A DNA stretch of 64,000 nucleotides. Origin: Candidatus Moraniibacteriota bacterium. Its GTDB lineage: Bacteria > Patescibacteriota > Minisyncoccia > Moranbacterales > DUUL01. The stretch lies in NCBI GenBank assembly GCA_027008775.1, contig JALVDV010000005.1, positions 3,300 through 67,299 on the forward strand, in the 5' to 3' direction. How positions within the stretch are numbered: the stretch's first letter is position 1; the number at the start of each line of letters is the position of its first letter. The notes under the pieces were generated by a model. The model was not told the DNA's origin, did no database searches, and saw only the letters and a program-made list of their open reading frames with translations. Position numbers and translations under genes: made by a program. Shown here piece by piece: positions 40,826 to 52,100 of this stretch.

Positions 40826-43810
40826 TTACTCGGTAACAAATTTTTTGTGTACCCAACCTTTGATTTCTTCTTGGCCATCTTGGGCGGGAATAATAATTTG
40901 TATCCAATTTCCTTTCTCACCTATTTTTTGAAAACGGCCCGTTTCTTTAATCTTGGTTAGTTTTTGGGCGGAAAGAGAAGCATCGGCCCGGACATTAATG
41001 GGTCCCTCGGAATCAACAGAGATGGTTACCATTTCTTTCTCCGCAGAAGTTGACTGTTTTTCTTTGTCATTGTTTTCTGCCCGGTTATTTGCAGTCGCTT
41101 TTTCCTCTTTGTTTTCGCTTCCTTTTTGTTCTGCCCCCTCTTCCGCAGTTGCTTGCTCTCCTTTGGCGGAAAAATTGACCTTTCCGTTTTCTAAATTCTG
41201 GAGAAGTTCCTCAAAGTGTTTCTTGAGTGTTTTGTTTTTTTCCGAATCTCCAAGTAAGCCAATGATTTTTTTATAAACGTCTTTAGCTTTGTCTATTTGA
41301 TTGGTTTGTTCATAAAAGATGGCCAGTTCGGAAAGAATTTTGACGTTGGTGGGATATTTCTTGCCAAGGGCGACCAATATTTTTTCCGCTTTAGTCAGAT
41401 TGTCTTGTCCGCCCTTCTCCTGATAAAGCTTGGCCAGATTTATTTTGTAAAAAATGTTTTTGGGATCTAGGAGAATAGCTTTAGCCGTATTGACAATAGC
41501 CTTGTCCAGGTCTCCCTGTAAATAGTAAACTGTGGCCAGGCGGTCATATAAGACCGGGGAATTAGGGTCTAATCTTAGTCCTTTTTGGTACCAGTAAATA
41601 GCTTGTCCGGCCAGCTTGTTTCTCTCTTTCTTGTCGCCCGTAGAAACGGCGTCGGCTACCCAAAGGTCGCCCAAGGCCAAGTAATTTGACAAGGTGTTGG
41701 GTTCCAGTTCAATAGCCCGACGATAAAATTCTTTTAGTTTATCTCGTTCCTGAGGAAGATATTTGGAATAAATATCTGCCAAGACGTTCACTGTTTCAAC
41801 ATTATTGGGCATCAATTTTTTGGCTTGATTGGCGTGCCGAATGGCTTCGGCGATTTTTTCGTTGTTTTCTTTTTTAATTTTTTCGCTGTCTTCTTTTTTG
41901 TTAACAGGTTTAACAGCCAGAGCCGTGGCTTCAGCCAACTTGAGGTAATAGTAACCTTCTTTACTTTGATCACCATAAATAATCCTTTTTAGTTTTCGCA
42001 AGGCTTCATCGTTTTCATTGTCTGATTGTTGACCGGCAGAAACAATCCGGGCTAATTTAACGTCGGTGATAAATCTTTGCGCATTGTAGATGCCACCGGC
42101 AACTAAAACAAGGAAAAGAACTATGAGAGATCCGCTCAGACCAATCATGGCCGCTGATGGTTTTTTCAGGTCAACTTGCAAAAATTTTTCTTTTCTTTGG
42201 CGAAGGATGAAAGCGAAGATTAGACCTGTAAGAAGAAGCCCCAGAAAAGCATTACTGGCATCTATACGATTGGTAAAAGCGTTCCAAAGCCAAACAAGGA
42301 GCGCGCTGCTGAGTCCGGCGAAATAAATTTTGTCAAAGGAAAAATCGGTTTCTTCAGTATTTTTACCTTCCGGCCAAGGATTGATGAAAATTTCTTTGAT
42401 AACAATGACCACCAGCCAAATTACCAGCAATCCGCCCAAGAGTCCGATGGTGGGAATAGCCTCTCCCAGAAGCCCGTCGCCCTGGTAGAGATAGCTGACG
42501 CCCCTAACGGGAGAAACAAGCTTGGCCGGATGAAATTTGGCGAAGTCATAACTGAAGGTGGCCGGACCGCTGCCAAGAAGACTTTGTTTGTAGCCGGTTG
42601 TTAGGGATTTTTCAGCAATTTCCACTGTTAGCGGTATTCCCACTCGCACCTCTTGATTTAGTTTTACCTTTGGCCGAAGAGATAAATAGGTTCCATATTG
42701 GGAAACCATTAAACCGGCGATAAGCAGAACAATAACAATCAGAGAAAGTGTCAATTTGGAGAAGAAATTGTCTTTAAAGGAATGGAGAGGAGCTGTTGGT
42801 TCTTTTTTGAAATAAACCAAGTAGGTGAATAAAATCACTCCCAAGAATAAGCCACTCCAGGAAACTAAATTTTTGATAACCAACAGATCCAAAAGACCCA
42901 GGACGGTGGCCACTGAGAGAATGGCGACCGCTAAAACTTTAAGGACTTTTTTCTTTGTCTGGGCCAATAAAAGAATACCGGCCAAAAAAATTGGCAACAC
43001 TACCGAGAGAAGAACCGCTAAGCTTTTTAAGGAACCGGTCGGGCTGTAAGGCAAATACTGCAAAGAGTTTTTAGGAATCAGGAGAAAGTTAATCAAAAAG
43101 ACATAAATGGAAACAATTACGCCGGCGGCCGTTAATGGTCGCAGAGCCCTTTTGGCTCCGGTAATATCCAGAAAATTGACAAGAAGATAAAACAAGACCA
43201 CTCCCGACAAGACGGTTAGAAATCCCTTGGAAGGGTCAATGAAAAAGCCAAAAAAACTGTGCCACTTGTCAACGGAAAATAGGGCCGAGATTAAAATTAG
43301 AAGAAGAAAGAGGGGTAAGGCTTTGTCAAAAGGAGTTTGAAGAAATTTAAATTTCCTTTTCAAAATTATTTTGAGAAAAACCAAGGTGAATAAAAAGGCC
43401 GACACAACAGATAAGAGAATGGTCTTTTCAAAATTAATGCCTTGAAAAGTTTGACCGGTAAAAAATAGCGGAATTAGCAAAAAAAGCAGTGTCAATGAGC
43501 ATTGAATAAATGTGTAGAACGCGCCCTTCTTTTTTTTGTTTTGTTTTTGAGAAGATAATTTTCTTTTAGTGCTTTGACCGTTATTTTTTTTGAAGGAGAA
43601 AAAACTTCCTTTCTTGGAACTTGACAACTTGGTTCGTCGTAGCAATTTTTTGGCGCTTGTCAATTTTCCGACCTTACTTGGGCTAGCGTCCTTGCTCTTT
43701 TTGCGATTCCGGCGCGTAGGTGATTTGGTTTTACTATTTGTTTCTTCTTTAGCGGTGATATTTTTTTTGGCAAAAAAACTATCTATGGAACTGTCCGTTT
43801 TTTTCTTCAT
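40826..43810 (-). CDS. Large polytopic membrane protein (O-antigen-ligase-like, tentative) with TPR repeats and C-terminal SH3b-like domain
   Basis: 994 aa; basic N-terminus, about 12 TM helices, TPR-like repeats (YYLKLAEATA..., ALGDLWV...), C-terminal ...GNWIQIIIPAQDGQEEIKGWVHKKFV resembles bacterial SH3. Confidence 0.5.
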   Translation of the reverse strand: MKKKTDSSIDSFFAKKNITAKEETNSKTKSPTRRNRKKSKDASPSKVGKLTSAKKLLRRTKLSSSKKGSFFSFKKNNGQSTKRKLSSQKQNKKKKGAFYTFIQCSLTLLFLLIPLFFTGQTFQGINFEKTILLSVVSAFLFTLVFLKIILKRKFKFLQTPFDKALPLFLLLILISALFSVDKWHSFFGFFIDPSKGFLTVLSGVVLFYLLVNFLDITGAKRALRPLTAAGVIVSIYVFLINFLLIPKNSLQYLPYSPTGSLKSLAVLLSVVLPIFLAGILLLAQTKKKVLKVLAVAILSVATVLGLLDLLVIKNLVSWSGLFLGVILFTYLVYFKKEPTAPLHSFKDNFFSKLTLSLIVIVLLIAGLMVSQYGTYLSLRPKVKLNQEVRVGIPLTVEIAEKSLTTGYKQSLLGSGPATFSYDFAKFHPAKLVSPVRGVSYLYQGDGLLGEAIPTIGLLGGLLVIWLVVIVIKEIFINPWPEGKNTEETDFSFDKIYFAGLSSALLVWLWNAFTNRIDASNAFLGLLLTGLIFAFILRQRKEKFLQVDLKKPSAAMIGLSGSLIVLFLVLVAGGIYNAQRFITDVKLARIVSAGQQSDNENDEALRKLKRIIYGDQSKEGYYYLKLAEATALAVKPVNKKEDSEKIKKENNEKIAEAIRHANQAKKLMPNNVETVNVLADIYSKYLPQERDKLKEFYRRAIELEPNTLSNYLALGDLWVADAVSTGDKKERNKLAGQAIYWYQKGLRLDPNSPVLYDRLATVYYLQGDLDKAIVNTAKAILLDPKNIFYKINLAKLYQEKGGQDNLTKAEKILVALGKKYPTNVKILSELAIFYEQTNQIDKAKDVYKKIIGLLGDSEKNKTLKKHFEELLQNLENGKVNFSAKGEQATAEEGAEQKGSENKEEKATANNRAENNDKEKQSTSAEKEMVTISVDSEGPINVRADASLSAQKLTKIKETGRFQKIGEKGNWIQIIIPAQDGQEEIKGWVHKKFVTE

Positions 43811-43888
43811 TTTTTTATTTTTATATTAGTTTTTATTTTAAAATTATTTTGTGACTTTATGTGACTCTGTTTGCAAATACGCAACTAT

Positions 43889-45373
43889 TTACTTGGCCGG
43901 TTCGGCTTGTAATTTGGGATGTCGGATTATAATTTTTTTGGTTAAAACCCCGGCGTCGTAAACTTTAATGCGCTTACGGAAATTTAAACCTTTATTTGTC
44001 TCAATTTCCAGTATATATTCTCCCGGATCTAAAACAATATAGTAATTTCCCTTGGTGTTGGTAACGGCGCGGGTGATTATCTTTCCGCTTTGCGGTTCCA
44101 ATATTTTGACTATGGCAAATGGTTCCGGTCTTCCATTTTCATCAACAATTCTGCCAAATTTAGCTTTGCCCAGAAAGATTAATTTGAAAAACAAAATGAT
44201 GAGATAGAATCCAAAGACTATGAAATTGAATATTTTAGGACTAGCATAAACGCTCCAGAGACTAAAAGCAAAGCCAATATAAAACAAGATATTGAAGACA
44301 ATTTGCCAAACCTTACCTCTAACTAAAACGTTAACAAGCCCGAAACCGGAAATACTAGCCTGTTCTTTAAGGATAGCGATGTTTTTCTTAACAATACCCG
44401 GTTTGTTTAATTCAATATCTAAATTTAAATCTTCTTTCTTTAGAATATTTTTTAAAAATGAAACTTCATCAAGCTTGACGATTTTGTAACCTTTTTTGTA
44501 AACCTTCAAATGGAACTTACCCGGAGGAACTAAAAAGTAGTACATTCCGTTTTTGTCGGTAAATTTGGTGGCTTGAACACGACCGGTTTCACTGTTTATC
44601 AAGTCAACTCGGGCAAGACTAATTGGTTCGCCGGTTTCAATATCGTAAATCATACCTTTCTTGTAATTTCTGCTCTTGGAGAGTAAACCGAGCAAGGAGG
44701 CAAACATTTGTCCAAGAGCTAAAAATAAATTGGAAAGACCGTTGAGGGAAATCAACAACATTAAAAGGGAGGCGGAGGCGGTAGCATTGGCGATGGCGCT
44801 AACCCCTTTAACTCTCGCCGGATCAGTGATTGTTAAATCAATTTTTTGTTTAAGACCGGCTATTTTCTCAACATAATCCGGCAACTCCACTTTCTTGCCG
44901 AAGTTTCCGCTATTTGTTCTGAAAGTTAAATTTAACTCCGGCCCAGATGTTTTTGAGTCTGGCAAAACCCCGACTATCACCCAGTATCCCTCTACTTGAG
45001 AACTGAGAATTTGGTAAACGAAATAATCTCCGTCTTTTCCCTTGGATTGATAGTTGACTCTTTGCCAATGTCCATCTTGATAATGTAAGAAGATGACATC
45101 CTTGATTTTGTTTTTATTATACCAGTTTTTATCAACAATAAATTTTATTTTTACCCCACTGACGGAGATCGTTTGATCAAACTGAAAAAGAATATATTTG
45201 TAAATCAAGTATTTGTCTTGCCGATAGTATTTATCATCTAATTTTACATTTGACGGAAGCTCCGATAGATATTTTATTTTTAAATTGGCGGCCTCGGCCC
45301 CATACTGGAATAGACCTAGTAACAATAAAATACTAAAAAAAGTCGCTACCACTGTGGAAATTCCTTTAAACAT
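43889..45373 (-). CDS. Membrane protein with two carboxypeptidase-regulatory-like (CarbopepD_reg) beta-sandwich domains
   Basis: 494 aa; signal peptide, central TM segments, motifs GMIYDIETGEPISLARVDL... and GRIVDENGRPEPFAIVKILE... Confidence 0.5.
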   Translation of the reverse strand: MFKGISTVVATFFSILLLLGLFQYGAEAANLKIKYLSELPSNVKLDDKYYRQDKYLIYKYILFQFDQTISVSGVKIKFIVDKNWYNKNKIKDVIFLHYQDGHWQRVNYQSKGKDGDYFVYQILSSQVEGYWVIVGVLPDSKTSGPELNLTFRTNSGNFGKKVELPDYVEKIAGLKQKIDLTITDPARVKGVSAIANATASASLLMLLISLNGLSNLFLALGQMFASLLGLLSKSRNYKKGMIYDIETGEPISLARVDLINSETGRVQATKFTDKNGMYYFLVPPGKFHLKVYKKGYKIVKLDEVSFLKNILKKEDLNLDIELNKPGIVKKNIAILKEQASISGFGLVNVLVRGKVWQIVFNILFYIGFAFSLWSVYASPKIFNFIVFGFYLIILFFKLIFLGKAKFGRIVDENGRPEPFAIVKILEPQSGKIITRAVTNTKGNYYIVLDPGEYILEIETNKGLNFRKRIKVYDAGVLTKKIIIRHPKLQAEPAK

Positions 45374-45482
45374 TGTTTTTAAATTTTACTTTGACCTAAA
45401 ACCTCGGCTTGACCAGTTGTGGGACTAATTGCTGGGGAGTTGTTTTTGGTGAGAATTTAAAACTTTGACAGAAATTTAAAAA

Positions 45483-45950
45483 TTAATTGTCCACCACTAC
45501 TGAATCAGCGCCAAATTCGTCTCCCTCCATCTCAAAGTCGCCCACTCCAATTGAACTTTGGTCCTCTTGGATGTTTATGTCTTCATTTGGACCGGAATTG
45601 TTTTTCTTCAGTTGGAAGATGTAAAACAAGCCGGCTCCCAACAAGGCCAGTAAAAGCAAAATAATGATAATGGTGATTATTCTCCTTAGCAATTTCCCCT
45701 CCTCTTTAATTTCAATGACCTCTCCTTCTTGTTTTTGTTGATCGGTGTTGTTTTCGCTATTTTTGGACGAAGCGGTGGTATGGCTCATCTCAGATTTTCG
45801 TTCGTCGGTTTCTTGAAAATCTGTGCTTGACTCTTCTTTTTCGGAAAGGTTTTTTGTTTGGATTTGATCGTCGGAAGTATTTGTAGACTGCTGAAAATCA
45901 TTTTCGGGAGATTCTTCTGAAAGAAAGGGGCTTTTAGTTTTGTTGTCCAT
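45483..45950 (-). CDS. Acidic low-complexity protein with C-terminal TM anchor, hypothetical
   Basis: 155 aa; Ser/Glu/Gln-rich, TM IITIIIILLLLALLGAGLFYI. Confidence 0.4.
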   Translation of the reverse strand: MDNKTKSPFLSEESPENDFQQSTNTSDDQIQTKNLSEKEESSTDFQETDERKSEMSHTTASSKNSENNTDQQKQEGEVIEIKEEGKLLRRIITIIIILLLLALLGAGLFYIFQLKKNNSGPNEDINIQEDQSSIGVGDFEMEGDEFGADSVVVDN

Positions 45951-46065
45951 AATTTTCTTTTTTAGTTTTTGTTTTAATTTGGTTTCTGCTATTTTTAGAA
46001 AAAGAAATTGCTTCTCTAAAAGAGATTATAACACATATAAAACTAAAAACAAGCATTTTACTTTT

Positions 46066-46097
46066 AAAACAAAACCCCGTTTATAAGTGGGGTTTTT
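46066..46097 (-). terminator. Bidirectional hairpin terminator downstream of the giant gene
   Basis: aaaacccc/ggggtttt stem with gtttataagt loop, flanked by A/T runs. Confidence 0.55.
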
Positions 46098-46149
46098 GAG
46101 TTAAGTGATTTTTTTGTCAGTGATTCGCAATTTGAAACTGAGTATTTTG

Positions 46150-49100
46150 CTATTCCCTGTTTACCAATAACCATTCAACTTTGATGTCTTCTTCGGCTTC
46201 TTTTGCCAGAACAATCTCAAAACTTTCGCCTTTTTTAATTTTTCCCACACCAACCACCACAGCGCCGTGAGGAGTAAGGATAATATGAGAGCCAGCAGAG
46301 ACTTTATCTGTTTCTACAACCACTTTTTTCTTACCGGCTTTAATGGTAGCCGTACCAATATTATTTTCGTCGGAAATCGTCAGATTATCGGTAGCCAATT
46401 CTTTCGCTTCTAATTTCTCCGTTTTTATTTCTTCAACCACCAACTTGCCATCTAGAGTAAATTCAACCTTTTTGCCTTCTTTTTGCAAAGATTTTAGATT
46501 CTCGGCGAAGATTTGTAAAGATTTTGGCAAGTCTGTTTTCTCTTCTTGATCTAGATTTGCACCGTTGTCTTTAAGAATACTTTCCAATTTGCTGATCCTT
46601 TTTTCATGATCAGAAAGAGTGTTGGTTAGATTCGTTGTAAGTTCTGTTAAACTATTAATATTAGCGCTAAGTGTTTTTAAATTGTTTTCATTATCTTCTA
46701 TGTTTTCTTGATTGATTGCCAATTGTTTGTTGACTTCTTTTAGGGAGTCGTTGATGAGAAGAAGGTTTTGGTTGATGTTTTTTTGCAGATCGCTGAGGGA
46801 ATTGATATTTTGATTGGTCTTGAGACTGAGAACATTTAGAATATTTTCTCCCAGATCTATTTCTTGACCATTTTCTTTAATATAGCCTCCACCGAATGTT
46901 TTGTTTAATTCTTTCATTAATCTTTCCATTTCTATTTGCAAAGTCTGACCGGTCCTGACATTGGTGGAATTATACCACCACTCGCCATTCTTGTTATGGG
47001 GAGAAATTTGGGTAGAGTTGCCACTGTCGTCAAAAGCGTACAATTCGCCACTGCTAGTGTATATTCCGGCAAAACCTTGAGAAGCGGTTGGGGCTGGCGA
47101 ATCTTCCAGCATTAAAGCGCCACCACTGATGGTTAATTTGTAAGCAGGAGAAGCTGTTCCAATTCCCACTCTTTCATCAGTAGTGTCAATACTCAAGATC
47201 GGGGTTCCACCATCAGCATCCAAAAATTGAAACCCATTTGTTGAATCAACAGAATTTTGCAAAGTCAACCTATTGACGCTTGTGTTATATGATATATTTG
47301 AATAACCCAATGTATTGCTACCAATGTTTAAACCGCCGCTTGACGAGAGGTACAAATTTAACCAACGTTTTGAGTCGCTTCCCAAGCTATAGCTACTGTT
47401 ATCCGGACCAACATCTCCGTGCACTTCCAGTTTGAAACTTGGATCGGTTACACCTATTCCCAGATTGCCATCATGATTTAAGACCATGGCTACCTCCGCT
47501 CCGAGATCATTTCCAGGATTGGTTAAAAATTCCAATTTTGATGGCACATTGTCAGTTCCCACTGTGCCGTCAACTTTTACTATTAAACCTCCGGTTGTCA
47601 TATATCTGGTCCCGTCATAAGCAGCTGTGGCAAATTCGGCAATTTCATCACCATCCTGAACAGCCGTTTCCGCTCCTTCGCTACCTCTGGCTTTCAAAAA
47701 GCTAATTCTACCGGGTTCTCCGTCGTCGCCATACTTAACCGCCGTAAACGTTGACATGGCGGTTGGTTCTTGATTCACAACGAAGACAGAATGTTGGGTA
47801 CCAAAGTAGGCCAGGTCGTAGTCTGTTTTTTCTGTTCCGTAGCTCAACAGCCCATTATTATCTATTCTCATCCTTTGTGTACCGGCGGTATCAAAACGAA
47901 TCATATCTTCGTCAGCCGATTCTTCCACTTGGATACCGGTGTCGGAGTCAGCATCCCAGAGAGCGGTTAAATCTCCTTCTTCTAGTAATCTGACCCACCC
48001 AGTATTGGTATTGTCGTTATCATTTTTGATGTAAATATTGCCATTTACACCATCAATGGCCAAGTCGCCTCTGAAAGCCGAAATATTTCCTTCGGGGTTA
48101 GTGGCCGTTTCAAAGATTGATGAATAATCTTCATTTGTATTTTGTAGAATAATTACTGCTCCACTATTATCTTGAGTATTTCTAATGTGCAGCGGGGCTC
48201 CGGGGTTGCTACTTCCTATTCCCACTCTATTGTTTCCATTGACTACAAATTGGATACCATTGTTATTTCTGGTTTCAATTAAGCGATGTAAAGTGGATGC
48301 TTCGGCGTCAACAACTAAATGCGCCGCTTCTCCATTGGTACCCGTTCCTCGAGCCACCAAAGCTCTATCCGTTTGAATATTACCACCAACGACATCCAAA
48401 CGACTGCTTGGAGTAGATGTCCCCAATCCCAGTCTGTCATTAGTATCATCCCAGAAAAAATTATTATTGTCTTGACTGAACAATCCTCCGGCTCCAATGA
48501 AAGGAATTGAACCTTGTGTTAAATCAGAGATGCTTAAAGTTTCGCCGGCGTTTAACAGAATGTCATCTCCGGCGGTGGTTGGGGAAAGATTGGTTCCGTT
48601 CTTTGTCCAAGGAGAATTATTGGCAATCGCGGTATCAACATAAGCTTTATTGGGGATGTCATCATCATCTGTTACTAAAAGTTCGTAATCAGTTGTACCG
48701 GCAACATTTAGAGTGCCGTCATTTTCAATTTCTAATCTTCTTACGGGTGCATCCGTTCCATTTAAGGATGTTTGGAATTGTAGAGCTGCGCCATGCGCTG
48801 TGTTTGTCCAAGTTTCGGTGGCAATGGCATTTATAAATGTTGACGCAACATAATCTGTTGTTGTAGAATTCCTGCCGATAAAACCTATCTGGCCCAATAT
48901 ATCATTCGCCACAACTCCACTTTCCGAAGCCGAATTGTTTTTAGCTCGATATAAAGCGATTCGTGGATAAGCAGAGTCACTGGCGGCGCCAATAAATAAC
49001 ATTGAATCAGTATTTGAATTGCCGTCTGACATAATAGATAATTGGGTCCCATGATGCAATTGGTTTGTGTTATCCAAAAACAAGTTGCCATCTTCCGTGA

Positions 49101-52100
49101 GCCTCAAGAGCGCATTTGTGTCATTAACATTAGCGCCCTGACCGATATAGAAGAAGCCGGGACCGATATTTTCTTCTTCATCAATTCCCATAACCCAATT
49201 GTAGCCGGTATCTCTACCTTCAAGGATAATTTGCGGATCTACACCATCTCGGGATAACTTAGCATTTCCATCATAAACAACCAAACTCTCATCAGGTGTG
49301 GCTGTCCCAATACCAACACGATCCGTTAGAAATTTCTGATAAATATAACCATTGGTTGTATCTCTAAACCAAGGAGAAGCCGATGCTACTTGGTTATCCA
49401 CATATTCCTTGTCCACCAAGGACCGATTGGTGTAGTTGGCGGAATAGTCGGCGGCGTAAACCGCACCTCTGTTGCTCAATAGATCAGTTATTGTTACGTA
49501 ATCGCCAACATTGACGCTAACTCTGCTCCCTACTCCTCCACCCTGATGATAAAGCTCAGAGCTGGTGTGATTATAGGTCATCCCGGAATCTATTAATCCA
49601 TCTGTCATGTTGAAATCAACTGTGTGAGCTCCTGTGCCAGCAATTGATCTATCCTCACTGATTGTTCCATCATTGTTATAAATATTATTAGCGTTAGTAG
49701 CAATTGCATTGTCCACATATTCTTTAGTCGTCAAAGAAGTGTTTCCCCGAGCGTTTATTTCGGCAATGCTAAATTCCGGAGCTAAAATACTGCCGTCAGT
49801 ATAAATCTCAAAAGCATTCATTCTGTTAGACGTTCCCGTTCCAATTCCAACCTCCATTATCGTATCGTTGGCAGTGCCAACATTGTACATTCCTCCGGCA
49901 AATTGATAGTTATTTTGAGCAATGGTTCCAGTTCCTTCGGAGTGAGAACCTGATCCATTGGCCTGAGTAAAAAGACCTTCGGCGTGAGACGCATACCCTC
50001 CGGCAACACTTTGTTGTCCTTCAGCATGAGAAGCATGTCCCTGAGCTCTAGAACCTCGTCCTTCGGCATGAGAGCCTTCACCATTGGCACTAGTAGCTGC
50101 TCCCTCAGCTATAGCGTAGTAAGTGCTTGCTGAAGTGTTATAGCCCATGGCCACAGAATAATTCCCTGTGGCGTCTCCCCCGGAAGCGGTGTTTCCGGTA
50201 GTTCTAATGGAAAAAGTTCCCGAAGATCCCGCCACCCAAAAACTACTGGACGAAACAAGACTGTCTACATAACCTTTGTCAACTAAAGTTCTATCTGTAT
50301 AATTGGCGGAATAATCGGCAAGGTACTCTATGCCTCTATGATTAATGTCATCTCTGATTGTGGCATTTGTATCGGATATATCCAATTGAAAAGTGTTTCC
50401 ACTGGTACTTTCCGTATAGTAGAGATATACTTCATCGGCTTGTATGCCAAAACCGCTATTTTGGGTTCCGTCCTCAACAGATCCCAAAAACTCCGAATCC
50501 GTCAGTTCCATCGTTGTTAAATTGCTGGCTCCATCAGTGATTTCAAACAAAGTGGAATTTAGGTTGTTAAAACTTAAAGCGTGCATACCACCATCTACAC
50601 TTCTATCCCCCGTCAATGTTCCGTTAGAGTTATAGATGTTGGTTATGTTCAGTGTGGAAGGATTTGTCCATGATAAATTGCCGGCGCCATCTGTTTGAAG
50701 TAAATAGCCATTATTGCCATCACTGCTCGGCAGTGTCCAAACAACACTGGAAGCGACATCATTGGGAGCTTTAAAGCCAACATAATCACTTTGACTACCC
50801 GCGAATTCGTGAAGTCTAAAGTCGCCACCATAAAAGTCTAAAGAATCAGTTGTTGTATTGATACCAAAGGAAAGATGGTCGTAGGCCCAATCCCAATCCC
50901 CGAAAGTTACTATCAGATCATCGTTTGCCAATGATCCCCGCGCCCTGAAGATATTTTCTCCGTCTTGATCCCTAAAAGTGGCAATATTCATATAGGCGGG
51001 ATTGGCAGCAACGGCAAAAGTGGATGCTTCGGATGTTCCCGGACCGATTTGCAAAACAGAAACCAATGGATTGTTGCCGATTCCGATACCGGTGTTTCCA
51101 TTGTTATCAATTATAAAGCGTTCCGTACCGGCCGTTTGCATCCTTATATAATCTTCGTCCGGATTAGCTTCAACCTGGATACCGGTATCAGCATCAGCAT
51201 CAAATATGGAATTTCCAACCCGACTATCAACATACTCTTTTGTTGTCAATGCTGTGGCTCCGGCTGCATTGATTTCGGTTAAACTAAAAGATGGGGCTGT
51301 AATTGTCCCGTTTTTTAGAATCACAAAAGCATTACTTCTGTTAGCATTTTGGTAACCGGTTCCATTACCCACAACAAACAAATAATCCGTATCAACCCAA
51401 GTGTCAGAAGATTGATTACTATCTACCACGTTAAATCTTCCGACTGCGGTCATCATATAAGAATTGGCAACTGTGTCGTTGAGCGCCACCGCATTGTTTC
51501 CGCTGGCTTCAGAATAATAACCCGTTGCCAGAGTATATTGCCCACTGGCAGTAGTTCTATATCCAAAAGCGGTGGCGCCTAATCCAGTGGCATTTGTATC
51601 ATTACCCCAAGCAACCGCATAATCATTGCCGGCAATAGTGGAGCGCCCAAAAGCTAGGGAATAATTGTTAGAAGCCGTGGTATCATAACCAAAAGCGGTA
51701 GCGTAAGCTCCGGAAGCAACAGTATTTCTACCAAAAGACAATGACCTAGCACCAGTGGCCTGTGTATTGTAACCAAAAGCAGTTGCTTCATCAGCTGTCG
51801 CTTGATTATTCATCCCCCAGGCCATCGCTCTGACGTCCGTTGCTTGATTGGTCTGACCAAAAACACTACTGGCGTAACCACCGGCGGTGTTTTGGTAGCC
51901 ACCGGCCACCGCATAACTACCGGTGACTGTGTGATATCTTCCCAAAGCGACGGAGTAAACATCGTTTATGTTATTACCACCGCCAAGCGCGCTGGAATAA
52001 TTTCCACTAACAATATTGTTCCGTCCGCTAGCAAAAGAACCGTTGCCAATATTGGCGTCATTCCACTCGTTGTTGTTTGTTTCTCCGAAACGAAGAGCGA